From Chiloscyllium plagiosum (lineage: Eukaryota): a stretch of 31,154 nt of DNA. Shown here one piece after another: positions 20,545 through 31,154 of the stretch. The translations under genes were made by a program, and so were the position numbers. Position 1 is the stretch's first letter. Every line of letters begins with the position of its first letter. The stretch lies in NCBI RefSeq assembly GCF_004010195.1, contig NC_057720.1:18261087-18292240 (forward strand). Reading direction: 5' to 3'. Under the pieces are notes generated by a model, which did no database searches, was not told the DNA's origin, and was given only the letters and a program-made list of their open reading frames with translations.

Positions 20545-22205
20545 AATAAGATATCGGAGCATAAGTTAGGCAATTCCCCTCATCAAGTCTGCTCTGCCAT
20601 TGAACTATGGCTGAGAAGTTTCTCAACCTTATTCTCCCACTTCCTCCCCATGACCTTTAACCTCCTTAACAACCATGAACCTATCTATCTCTGCCTTAAA
20701 TATAACTCAACAACCTGCCTCCACAGTCTTCTGTGGCAATGAATTCCACAGATTAACCACTCGCAGGCTTGTTTTACCGATTTAATCTGCAAGTTAACCT
20801 CAAGATAATAATCCTGGACTAGAACTCCCAAGTCCCTTTGCAATTTAGATTTGTGAATTTTCTCCCCATTTAGAAAATAATCCATGCCTCTAGTCTTCCT
20901 ACCAAAGTACATGACCTCACAATTTCCTATATTGTATTCCTTCTGCCACTTCTTTGCTCAGTCTCATCATCTGTCTAAATCTTTCTGCAATCTCACCACT
21001 TCCACAATACTACCTGTGCCTCCACCTAATTTTGTATTGTCTGCAAACTCAGTTCCTTCATCTAGACCATTAATGTATAAGTGAAAAGTTGTGGTCCAAA
21101 CACTGACTCTTGCAGAACACCACTAGTCACCGGCTGCCGTCCTGAGAAGGAGCCTTTTATCTCCACACTCTGCTTTCTGCCAGACAGTTGATCTTCTATC
21201 CATTCTAGTACCTTGCCTCTAGCACCATGGGCTCTTATCTAATTCAGCAGCTTCCTGTGCGGCACCTTGTCCAAAGTCTTCTGGAAGTCCAGGTAGATAA
21301 CATCCATTGGCTCTCCTTAGTCTGACATGTTTGTTACTTCCTCAAAGAATTCTAGCAGATTTGTCAGGCATGCTAACTTGATGAAACCATGCTAACTTTG
21401 CTCAATTTTACCATGCACTTCCAAGTATTCAGAAATCTCATCCTTCACAATGGACTTCAAAATTTTACCAATGACTAAGGTCAGCCTAATTGGCTGGTAA
21501 TTTCCTGTCTTTTGCATTACTTCCTTCTTAAACAGAAGTGCTACATTAGTCATTTTCCAGTCCTCTCAGACCTTCCCTGATTCCAGTGATTCAAAGACCA
21601 TCACTAATGCCTCCACAATCTTCTCAGCTAGCTCCTTCAAATGTCTGTGATTTAGTCCATTTGGTCTGGACGATTTATCCACTGTCAGACCTTTCAGCTT
21701 CCACAGAAACCCCTCCTTCCTGATGACCAATACACACACACCTGCCTCCGATTCTTTGAAGTTGCAATATACTGCTGGTATCTTTCACTGTTAAAACTGA
21801 TGTGAAGTATTTATTCAGTTCTTCTGCTATTTATTTCCTATTGCTACATCTCCAGCTCAGTTTCCAGCACCCTTGCCTCTCATATTTTTATATAACCAAA
21901 AATTCCTTGCAACCCTCTTTTATATTACCAGCTAGATTACCCTTACATTTCATCTTCTGCCCCCTTTATTGCTTTTTGTTAAAATTGTTTAATGGCTTTT
22001 AAAGCTTTCTAAATTCTCTGGCTTGCCACTAATCACCACATGCATTTTCTTTGCATTTAAACAATCCCTGGATTCCCTTGTTAGCTATGATTTCCTCCAC
22101 CTCTCCTTAGTCTGCTTCTCCTTCTTGGGTTGAATTTTTATGTTACCCAAATTACACCTAAAACCTCCTGTCGTTGCTGTTCCACCATTTTCCCTACCAG
22201 GCCCA
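20545..22205 (-). mobile_element. CR1 LINE, 5'-truncated, with internal deletion near 20770 (same family as 11005-12630)
   Basis: Minus YFGRKTRGMDYFLNGEKIHKSKLQRDLGVLVQD and MDVIYLDFQK; 3' UTR aggttgagaaacttctcagccat matches 12573-12595. Confidence 0.92.
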
Positions 22206-22346
22206 GTTACAGTAGCTTCTATTTTATTTCATTACTAAATTCTTGTTTTTTAACAAGCCCTAACGTTATTCAGTTATATCAAGGTTTGAAACCATAAACT
22301 GAACTGCCCCATTTTGCACAGCAATGTCAATTGTTTTTCACTAATC

Positions 22347-22438
22347 GATCTTTTACTCTGAGGGCGGTGTGTATATGGAATGAGATGCCAGAGGTGGTGG
22401 TGGAGGCAGGTATAATTACAACATTTAAAATGCATTTG
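22347..22438 (+). mobile_element. Short CR1 3' fragment cut off by the L1
   Basis: In frame TLRAVCIWNEMPEVVVEAGIITTFKMHL. Confidence 0.8.
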
Positions 22439-22448
22439 GGGGGGATTA

Positions 22449-22459
22449 AAGATGGCGGC
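22449..22459 (+). promoter_or_regulatory. YY1-binding motif at the L1 5' end
   Basis: AAGATGGCGGC just after a G-run at the element start, matching the YY1 consensus and its position in mammalian L1 promoters. Confidence 0.7.
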
Positions 22460-22479
22460 GACCCAGTAGGTCTGCCCTG

Positions 22480-23332
22480 ATGAGGGAAGGGACCACGAAG
22501 ATCACAGCAAACAGGTACGCCTCCCCACTTCAACAACGAACACACCCATGGCCACAGCGTCAGCCTCCGCGATCACTCCAGGGGACTTGCCAATCTAAGC
22601 TGGTCTCAGAGTTTGTGAAACTCCAGGAGAAGACCAATTCAGTGATGGAGGAAACCTAGGCCAGGCTTGAACTAATCTCAATCATGCTGCAGAAGCACGA
22701 CTAGATCCAGCGTCTCGAGCAGCATGTCGGGTAGATGCAGAAGCGGGTCGCAGTCTTTGAAACTACGACGGAATCCTCGGCAAGTCTGGTCCAGGCCTTA
22801 GAATGGCGTGTACGGGCCTTGGAGGGGCAGGTCAACGACCTCGAAAATAGATGCTATCGGAAGAACATCTGTCTGGTGGGGTTTCCGGAACGGGAGGAGG
22901 AAAGCCATCTCATCAGCTTCTTGGAGCAATGGCTCCCGCAATTTTTGAAGCTGGAGGTCGAGGTAGGCCGGGTGTGAGTCGAGCGAACGCACCGTGTCGC
23001 AGTGTGCAGGCCCGGATCGGACCAGTGCCCCCACCCAGTCCTAACGCGACTCCAGCATTATAGAGACAAACAAATGATGCTGGAAGCCTCTCGAGCACTC
23101 AGGAAGGATCCACAGGCTCTGATATAAAAAGGATAACGAATTCTGCTTTTCCAAGACTTTTCTGCAGTCATGATTAATAGGAGGAAGGACTTTGGTGAGG
23201 TAAAAAGGCAGCTGAGGGACTTGAATATCCAGTATTCTGTAAGATATCCAGCTACGTTTCAGCCACGGAGAGTCAGTGTTCAATTTTGACTCACTGGAAA
23301 AGGCAAAGGGCTTCCTGGATGCTTGAAAATAG
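22480..23332 (+). pseudogene. L1 ORF1 remnant (coiled coil + RRM/CTD)
   Basis: LEGQVNDLENRCYRKNICLVGFPE...VERTHR...LFQDFS...RYPA; several in-frame stops; start approximate. Confidence 0.85.
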
Positions 23333-26300
23333 ACTAGCTGGCTTGAATAATATGGACAATAATGTTTATTTTGTTTTTCCCTGTAATTTTCCTGGTTTAC
23401 CTGGTTGTCGGGGAGCTTTTTTTAAATATATGTGGGGGTCATAATATTTTTTTCTTTTCCTCTCTCTTCTCTCTCCCCTCCCGCCATCTTTCATTTTTTT
23501 CTTCTTATCATTTCCTTTTGTTTTTTTCTTCTGGCATAGGATGGTTGGTGGGGTGGGGAGACAGCGATTGGGGGAGATTGGGAGAGGTTATATATTTCTG
23601 TTCTAACAGAAGTGCCTAGGTTACAATATGGATGGGACAGGTTGAGTGCCCATTTTAATATTCTTGTTTTAAGGGGTGTGTATTTTTTCTCACTTTGTTG
23701 TCTGGGGCTGGTGCATGGCTTCAGCTAGAAGGAGCCGTGGAGGGGTTGAAAACCCCTTGTGGGCAAGGAGGAAGTCTCCTTTCATTTGTGTTATATGTTC
23801 GTATGCTGTAGAAATAGCTGTTAGAAGTTTTGATTTGGTAGTTTTGGAAGTTGTATGTTTAAATTTATACGAACTGTTTATTGTTTTCACTTGGCACGCT
23901 ATGAGTGGGATTCTTCCGCCTGGAGGGTAATGGACTGTTGCAGACGGCGAAAGCTAGCCATTCGTTTAAATGGTGCACCTGGAATATTAAAAGGGCATCA
24001 TTCACCAATTAAGAGAAAAAAAGATACTTTCAAGCCTTAGAAAAGAGGGGGTCAATGTAGCCTTGCTGCAAAGAAACACATTTAACTGACAAGGAGCACT
24101 TGAAGTTGCAGCAGGGAGCATTCAGACATGTGTTTTCCTCATCCTTTAATTCAAAAAGTAGAGGAGTTGCTATACTCATCCAGAAGAATCTCCCATTTCA
24201 AATGTTAGACTAAATTAAGGATGAATATGGGCGGTTTATAATTCTTAAAAAGCTTTAATACATGGAGAGGAACATGGGATTTTGAATATATATTGCCCCC
24301 TGGCACAACCCTTCAAATTTTTAATCGATATGTTTTCAGGTTGATGGCCCTTGGGGCGCATCATACAATTATAGGGGGAGACTTTAATCGTCTTATTGAC
24401 CCCAAAGTGGACAGGATGCCTCGGAGTCTTGTGTGTATGTCCCCGCAATCCAGGCAGTTGGTGGGCCTGAACAAAGAGCTGGGGTTGGTGGATGTGTGGA
24501 GATATCTTCATCCCGAAGGTCTTCACCTTTTTCTCTAATCCACGCAAGTGCTATACCAGACTTGACATGTTTTTGAATTCGAAGCTGTCTTGCAGAATAG
24601 GGAATGTAGCCATTTCCGATCATGCTACAGTGGACATGGAGGTCAAGGCTTGGTGGTAACGAGATAGGCTCCTGGCACTGGCGCATGGACCCTTTCCTCT
24701 TGAAAGATAACAAGTTTACAGGTATTTTTCGCGGAATTTAAAATCTTTTGGGACATAATTTGGGCATGGCCAGTAATCAATCTGTGCTCTGGGAGACAGC
24801 CAAGACCTATGCACGGGGTTTGATTATTTCTTACTCTGCGACCTGGAATCGGCAGAGGGGAAAGCAGCAGCGTTTGCCGGAGGCTCACCTGAAGGCAGCT
24901 GAGTTAGCGTACTTTGACAGACCGTCTGTAACCAAATTGCAGTCGATTACAGCCCTTAGGGCTACTTTGAATGCTGCATTCACTCAGACAGCAAACAGGG
25001 AAATTGCTTTTGCGAAACTGAGGTTATTTGAGTATGGTGATAAATCAGATAGCTATCTAGCATATTTGGCCAGAAAGAAGAATGCCCCCCCCAAACTATC
25101 ACATCCATCAGAGAGAGTGCTGGTACTCTTACTTGCAATGCCAAAAAGATTAATGCAGCATTTAGGATGTTCTACTCTGAGCTGTACTAGTCAGAGGGCT
25201 GAGAGGACAGATTGTTGAAGATGGAGTCCTTTTCTAAGACCATGGACCTTCCGGGTGTAACTTCAGAGCAGGCGTCCTTTCTGAATACCCCCTGACAATC
25301 CAGGAAATGCAGGAGGCGGTGAGACAGCTCCAGTGTGGTAAAGTGACGGCCCAGATTGATTTCAAAGTGGGTTTTATAAGGAGTTTATAGACATGCTGGC
25401 CGGGCGACTCTTGGGTATGTACAACTACTCATAGTCAGGTCTGCCTCCCATCCTCTCTGTGAGAAGCAAATATTTTTCTTATTCTTAAGGGAAAGCCCCA
25501 GAGGATTGCACTTCGTACAGGCCCATATCGTTACTGAACATGGATTTTAAAATTCTGTTGAAAATGCTGGCATTAAGGTTGGAGAGGATTTTGCCTTTCA
25601 TTGTAAAGGAGGACCAGACAGGCTTTATCAGGGGTCACTGGTCTACTATGAATATTAAAAGAGTATGAAACATGGCTCAGGTATGCCAGCAAGGTTCGAT
25701 TCCAGGCCTGGTAGTCTCCCTGGATGCAGAGAAAGCATTTGACCGGATATAGTGGCCGTACCTCTTTTATCAACTGGAGCGGTTTGGTCTTGGAGGAGTT
25801 TTTGCCAAGTGGATGGCAGTGTTATATAGTGACCTAAAAGCAGCGGTTATCACTAATGGTATACGGTCAGATAATTTTAGTATCGGCAGAGACAGCCAAC
25901 AAGGGTGCCCTCTCTTACCACTATTATTTACATTGGTGATTGAGCCGCTGGCAGAGGCCATTCCAGAAGGGTCCCAACATAACTGTCCCGGAGGTCGGGT
26001 CAGGCAGGCATAAGATCACCCTCTATGCGGATGACGTTCTTCTCTTTTTAACTGATCTGATGAGATCTGTGCTCCGTTTAATACAAGTGATTCATCTATT
26101 TGGTTTATTCTCAAGGTATAAAATTAATTTTATGAAGTCGGAGGCCACGCCTGTGGGGTGCCTTACTACGATATCAGATTTTGGGGATGGAACCCATTTC
26201 CCTTTCAGGTGGTCACAGGGAGGTTTCCTGTATTTAGACATTTTTATCACCCTGGCCTTCAATACATAAAGCTAATTTTGTGTAGGTGCTAGAGAAGATA

Positions 26301-27087
26301 AGGCAGGATCTTCAGCACTGGGAGGATCTTCCAATATCTTGGCTGGGTAGAATAGCTCTGGTCAAAATGAATGATCTTCCTCGCTTATTATATCCCAGAC
26401 GAATACTCCCTTGCTGCGTAGGCAAGCATTACGAAGGCTTTACAGTTGGCTTGGATCATTCATCTGGCATCATAGGCGGCCTCTTATTAAGCTGGACAAA
26501 CTGCAGCTTCCACAGGGGATGGGAGGTTTGAATTTCCCCGACTTTAAGAATATATCAATTGAGTTCCTTACTATCCCATGTGGCTGACTGGGCCCGCCAG
26601 GACATGCGATCAATTTGGTTGGACATCGAGGCCTCCCAGGCAAAACACCCCCTCATCAATTTGTTATTTATGGACAAGATGAGGACTGTTATGGACCATT
26701 GCAGAAACCAGATAGTCTTTAACACAATTAAAGCATGGAGAATGATGCAGGCAACTTACAAAAAACTTCCCTTTTCCCTCCCATAGTGGGAATGTTAGGA
26801 TTCCGGCTGGGGTCAATGGACTCTGGCTTTAATCGCTGGGAGTCTAAAGGAGTCTCCTGTTTGGGATATTTATTTGACGGGGTGGTCATGATGTCTTTCG
26901 AGCAGCTGAGTCAGAAATATGGGCTATCCAGGAGGGACCTCTGTCATTACTTTCAGGTTAGGGACTTTATACAGAAAAAAAACTACATTGATGGTTAGTC
27001 CCTACAAGTTGGACATGACAGGAGTGCGCTCCAGTCCAGGGGCGTTCTCTCGGTCAGCACCCTCTATCATTTTCACTTGTTAGTAAG

Positions 27088-30000
27088 ACCATAAGACAAA
27101 GGAGTGGAAGGCCATTCGGCCCATCGAGTCCACTCCGCCATTTAATCATGTCTGATGGGCATTTCAACTCCATTTACCCGCATTCTCCCCGTAGCCCTTA
27201 ATTCCTTGTGACATCAAGAATTTATCAATCTCTGCCTTGAAGACATTTAGCGTCCCGGCCTCCACTGCACTCCGTGGCAATGAATTCCACAGGCCCACCA
27301 CTCTGGCTGAAGAAATGTCTCCGCATTTCTGTTCTGAATCCCCCTCTAATTTTAAGGCTGTGCCCACAGGTCCTAGTGTCCCCGCCTAACGGAAACAATT
27401 TCTTAGCGTCCACCCTTTCCAAGCCATGCATTATCTTGTAAGTTTCTATTGGATCTCCCCTTAACCTTCTAAACTCCAATGAGTACAATCCCAGGATCCT
27501 CAGCCGTTCCTCGTATGTTAGACCTACCATTCCAGGGATCATCCGTGTGAATCTCCGCTGGACANNNNNNNNNNNNNNNNNNNNNNNNNNNNNNNNNNNN
27601 NNNNNNNNNNNNNNNNNNNNNNNNNNNNNNNNNNNNNNNNNNNNNNNNNNNNNNNNNNNNNNNNNNNNNNNNNNNNNNNNNNNNNNNNNNNNNNNNNNNN
27701 NNNNNNNNNNNNNNNNNNNNNNNNNNNNNNNNNNNNNNNNNNNNNNNNNNNNNNNNNNNNNNNNNNNNNNNNNNNNNNNNNNNNNNNNNNNNNNNNNNNN
27801 NNNNNNNNNNNNNNNNNNNNNNNNNNNNNNNNNNNNNNNNNNNNNNNNNNNNNNNNNNNNNNNNNNNNNNNNNNNNNNNNNNNNNNNNNNNNNNNNNNNN
27901 NNNNNNNNNNNNNNNNNNNNNNNNNNNNNNNNNNNNNNNNNNNNNNNNNNNNNNNNNNNNNNNNNNNNNNNNNNNNNNNNNNNNNNNNNNNNNNNNNNNN
28001 NNNNNNNNNNNNNNNNNNNNNNNNNNNNNNNNNNNNNNNNNNNNNNNNNNNNNNNNNNNNNNNNNNNNNNNNNNNNNNNNNNNNNNNNNNNNNNNNNNNN
28101 NNNNNNNNNNNNNNNNNNNNNNNNNNNNNNNNNNNNNNNNNNNNNNNNNNNNNNNNNNNNNNNNNNNNNNNNNNNNNNNNNNNNNNNNNNNNNNNNNNNN
28201 NNNNNNNNNNNNNNNNNNNNNNNNNNNNNNNNNNNNNNNNNNNNNNNNNNNNNNNNNNNNNNNNNNNNNNNNNNNNNNNNNNNNNNNNNNNNNNNNNNNN
28301 NNNNNNNNNNNNNNNNNNNNNNNNNNNNNNNNNNNNNNNNNNNNNNNNNNNNNNNNNNNNNNNNNNNNNNNNNNNNNNNNNNNNNNNNNNNNNNNNNNNN
28401 NNNNNNNNNNNNNNNNNNNNNNNNNNNNNNNNNNNNNNNTGTTAAGTTCTCCTGCTATTTCCTTATCTCCCATTACTAGGCTTCCAGCATCAGTTTGAAG
28501 TGGCCCAGTGTCTACTTTTGCCTGTCGTTTGTTTCTAATGTATTGAAAGAAACTTTTACTATCATTTCTAATATTATTGGCGAGCCTACCTTCATATTTG
28601 ATCCTCTCCTTCCTTATTTCTCTCTTTGTTATCCTCTGTTTGTTTTTGTAGCCTTCCCAATCTTCTGATTTCCCAGTGCTCTTGGCCACTTTATAGGATC
28701 TCTCTTTTTCTTTGATACATTTCCTGACTTCCTTTGTCAGCCATGGCTGTCTAATCCCTCCCCGGATAATCTTTCTTTTCTTGGGGGATGAACCTTTGTA
28801 CTGTGTCCTCAATTATATCCACAAACTCCTGCCATTTTTGTTCTACTGTCTTCCCTGCTAGGCTCTGCTTCCAGCCGATTTTCGGCAGTTCCTTTCTCAT
28901 GCCCTCATAATTACCTTTGTTTAACTGTAACACCATTACATCCGATTTTGCCTTCTCTCTTTCAAACTGCAGACTGAACTCTACCATTTTATGATCGTTG
29001 CTTCCAAAGTGCTCGCTTACTTTAAAGATCTTTTATAAACTCTGGTTCATTACATAGCACTAGGTCCAAAATACCTTGCTCCCTTGTGGGCTCCATGACA
29101 AGCTGTTCCAAAAAGCCATCCTGTAAGCATTCCAAGAATTCCCTTTCTTTGGATCCACTGGCAACATTATTTACCCAGTCTACCTGCATATTGAAGTCTC
29201 CCATGATCACCGTGACCTTGCCTTTCTGACATGCCTTTTCTATTTCCCGGTACATGTTGCGCCTCTGGTCCTGACCACTGTTAGGAGGTCTGTACATAAT
29301 ACCCATTATGGTTTTTTTTGCCTTTGTTGTTCCTCAATTCCACCCACACAGACTCCACATCATCCGACCCAATGTCATTCAGTGCCACAGATTTAATTTT
29401 GTTCTTAACTAACAAGGCCAACCCACCTCCCTGCCCACCTCCCTGTCTTTTCGATAAGTTGGAAATCCTTGGATGTTTAACTGCCAGTCCTGAACCCCCT
29501 GCAACCGTGTCTCTGTGATGCCTACCACATCATAATCATTCACGATGATCTGTGCCCGTTAGTTCATCTACTTTGTTACGAATGCTACAAGCATTCAGGG
29601 AAAGTGCCTTAATGCTAACATTCTTATCATGAGAGATATTGGAAGTCATAAGATGTCCTAAGTTATCCTTCCTTTTTGCTACATTCTTAATCTGCCGCAA
29701 GGTTAAATCCACCTGCATACATGCTATCCTCCTGCTTATCTGTCCATTTAACTCCATACTCCGTCGCTTTCACTTTCCCTTCCCCCCCCAACTCAGAAGT
29801 TTAAAGTCCTACTGACCACCCTAATTATCCTCTTCGCTAGAATATTGGTACCAGATCGGTTCAGGTGGAGACCGTCCCAACAGTACAGATCCCCCCCCGG
29901 TTCCAAAACTGATGCCAATGCCCCATGAAATGGAATCCCTCTTTCCCACACCAATCCCTTAGCTACGTGTTTACTTCCCTAATTTTCTTATCCCTGTGCC

Positions 30001-30256
30001 AATTGGCACGTGGCTCGGGCAGTAATCCGGAGATTATGACCCTTGAGGACCTGTACTTCAATTTCCTTCCTAGTGCTTGATAATCCCCAAACAGGTCCTC
30101 CACACTAGCTTTGCCTACGTTGTTAGTCCCAACATGGACCAGAATAACTGGATCCTCCCCCTCCCGCTCCAATATTCTTTAAAGCCGGTCAGAGATGCAA
30201 CGCACCCTGGCACCAAGCAAGTAACACACCATGCGAGACTCCCGATCCGGCTTGCA
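27088..30256 (-). mobile_element. Young CR1 LINE with partial SGNH-esterase ORF1 and ORF2, inserted into L1 ORF2 with a 7-bp TSD
   Basis: TSD tagtaag at 27081-27087 and 30257-30263. ORF1: VILVHVGTNN, VIISGLLP, WDGLHLN. ORF2: LNACSIRNKVDEL, YRPPN, MGDFN, ILDLVLCN, EFRRLRGDPIETYKI; tail taagaccataagac. Confidence 0.95.
27565..28439. other. Assembly gap (875 N)
   Basis: Run of N inside the CR1. Confidence 1.
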
Positions 30257-30974
30257 TAGTAAGTAATGTTTCGAAGGACATCGAACGGCTATGCGGAATC
30301 TGGACTCAGGAATTGTGGCTGGAAATCTCAGAGGTGTGGGAGGATATTTGGGAGAACACAACGAAGATTTCGATTTGTAATAGGACACAGGCTATGAAAC
30401 CAAAGGTACTCCACAGGGCTTATTTGGCACTGGAGCAGCTTGCAAAATTTAAGACAAGAGAGTGTCCCCAAATGTAAAACACTGTTACTCATTGTTTGTG
30501 GTCATGCCACAAGCTTTGTAGGTATTGGGGTGTCATAGCAAGTGTTTTGGAAGAGGTCTTGCGAACCAAGGTTAAGTTGGATCCAATGTCCCTCCTCTTG
30601 GGTTTGCCAAATCTGCCCTCTTTGGAAGTTCTTGCATTCTGTGCGAGGAAGAGCATTCTAATGACTAGGTGTCGGAGAATCCCCCGGGACTTTCAGGCTG
30701 GCATAGATTAGTTATGGAGCATATCCCCCTCAACTTCCTTACGAGTATGGTGCACCAGAAAACTGTTTTATGGAAAATGACAGCCCTTTCTGAATTACAT
30801 AGATGCAGACTTGTCGGCTATATTGATCAGGGCCTTTGTGAAGTCATGAGGGCTATGTCTGGCGGTTCGGGGACCTGGGAGAGGGGGTGAAGAATCCTGA
30901 ACAAATAAGAGCTTACTTACTAATGCTCCCGGCGGTGGGGAGCTTTGGTGGAAATGTGCTGAGTGTAGTAACTT

Positions 30975-31154
30975 AACTGAAGTGTGTATACTTCAATGCA
31001 AGAAGTATACGAAATAAGGTAGGTGAACTTGCAGCGTGGGTTGGTACCTGGGACTTCGATGTTGTGGCTATTACGGAGACATGGGTAGAACAGGGACAGG
31101 ATTGGCTGCTGCAGGTTCCAGGGTTTAAATGTTTTAGTAGAGTCAGAGGTGGGG
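30975..31154 (+). mobile_element. CR1 LINE ORF2 start (endonuclease N-terminus), continues past the window end
   Basis: LKCVYFNARSIRNKVGELAAWVGTWDFDVVAITETWVEQGQDWLLQVPGFKCFSR, open frame. Confidence 0.9.

Larger units (their letters stand above)
23945..30850 (+). pseudogene. L1 ORF2 remnant (endonuclease-RT-Zn knuckle), frameshifted and split by a CR1
   Basis: IIGGDFNRLIDP, LWETAKTYARG, YRPISLLN, SLDAEKAFD, QQGCPLLPLLFTLVIEPLA, ITLYADDVLLF, ISWLGRIALVKMN; after the insert, HCLWSCHKL. Confidence 0.9.
22439..30970 (+). mobile_element. Near full-length decayed L1-clade LINE (~5.4 kb without the CR1 insert at 27088-30256)
   Basis: G-rich 5' end with AAGATGGCGGC; ORF1; ~600-bp spacer; ORF2 with APE (TWNIKG, GGDFN, SDH), RT (QGCPL, LYADD) and a C-terminal C..C/HCLWSC knuckle. 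PolyA not seen because a CR1 follows at ~30975. Confidence 0.92.

Noticed and set aside
22477..22502. CTGATGA-GG...CC-ACGAAG in the L1 5' region as a hammerhead
   Set aside because: No GAAA box directly after a stem II and no stem III; probably a chance CTGATGA.
27547..28479. Long ORFs spanning N runs (also 3331-3932)
   Set aside because: Artefacts of assembly gaps. The gap sizes also look shorter than the missing CR1 sequence, so element lengths there are unreliable.

Overview
Vertebrate genomic DNA that is almost entirely made of transposable elements. The repeat families (HE1/V-SINE, SacSINE1-like Deu-SINE, several CR1 families, Neptune-type Penelope-like elements) point to a cartilaginous fish, probably a shark; this is inferred from families recognised from memory, with no database search. 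No intact protein-coding gene is visible. There is one good candidate 111-nt minus-strand coding exon (4994-5104, hydrophobic segment), so the window is probably intronic. The rest is a deeply nested set of CR1/L2/Rex1 LINE fragments, SINEs, a pogo/Tigger-like MITE containing a CpG-rich minisatellite, and a near full-length decayed L1 that keeps a YY1 motif at its 5' end and is split by an esterase-encoding CR1. The most notable signal is a set of about 7 minimal hammerhead-ribozyme motifs, most carried by Penelope-like termini. One is an intact-core copy inside a 163-bp fold-back mini-element with a perfect 15-bp target-site duplication (16898-17060), next to a 952-bp relative with the same architecture. 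Boundaries of old repeats are approximate (tens of bp). Two N gaps are present.
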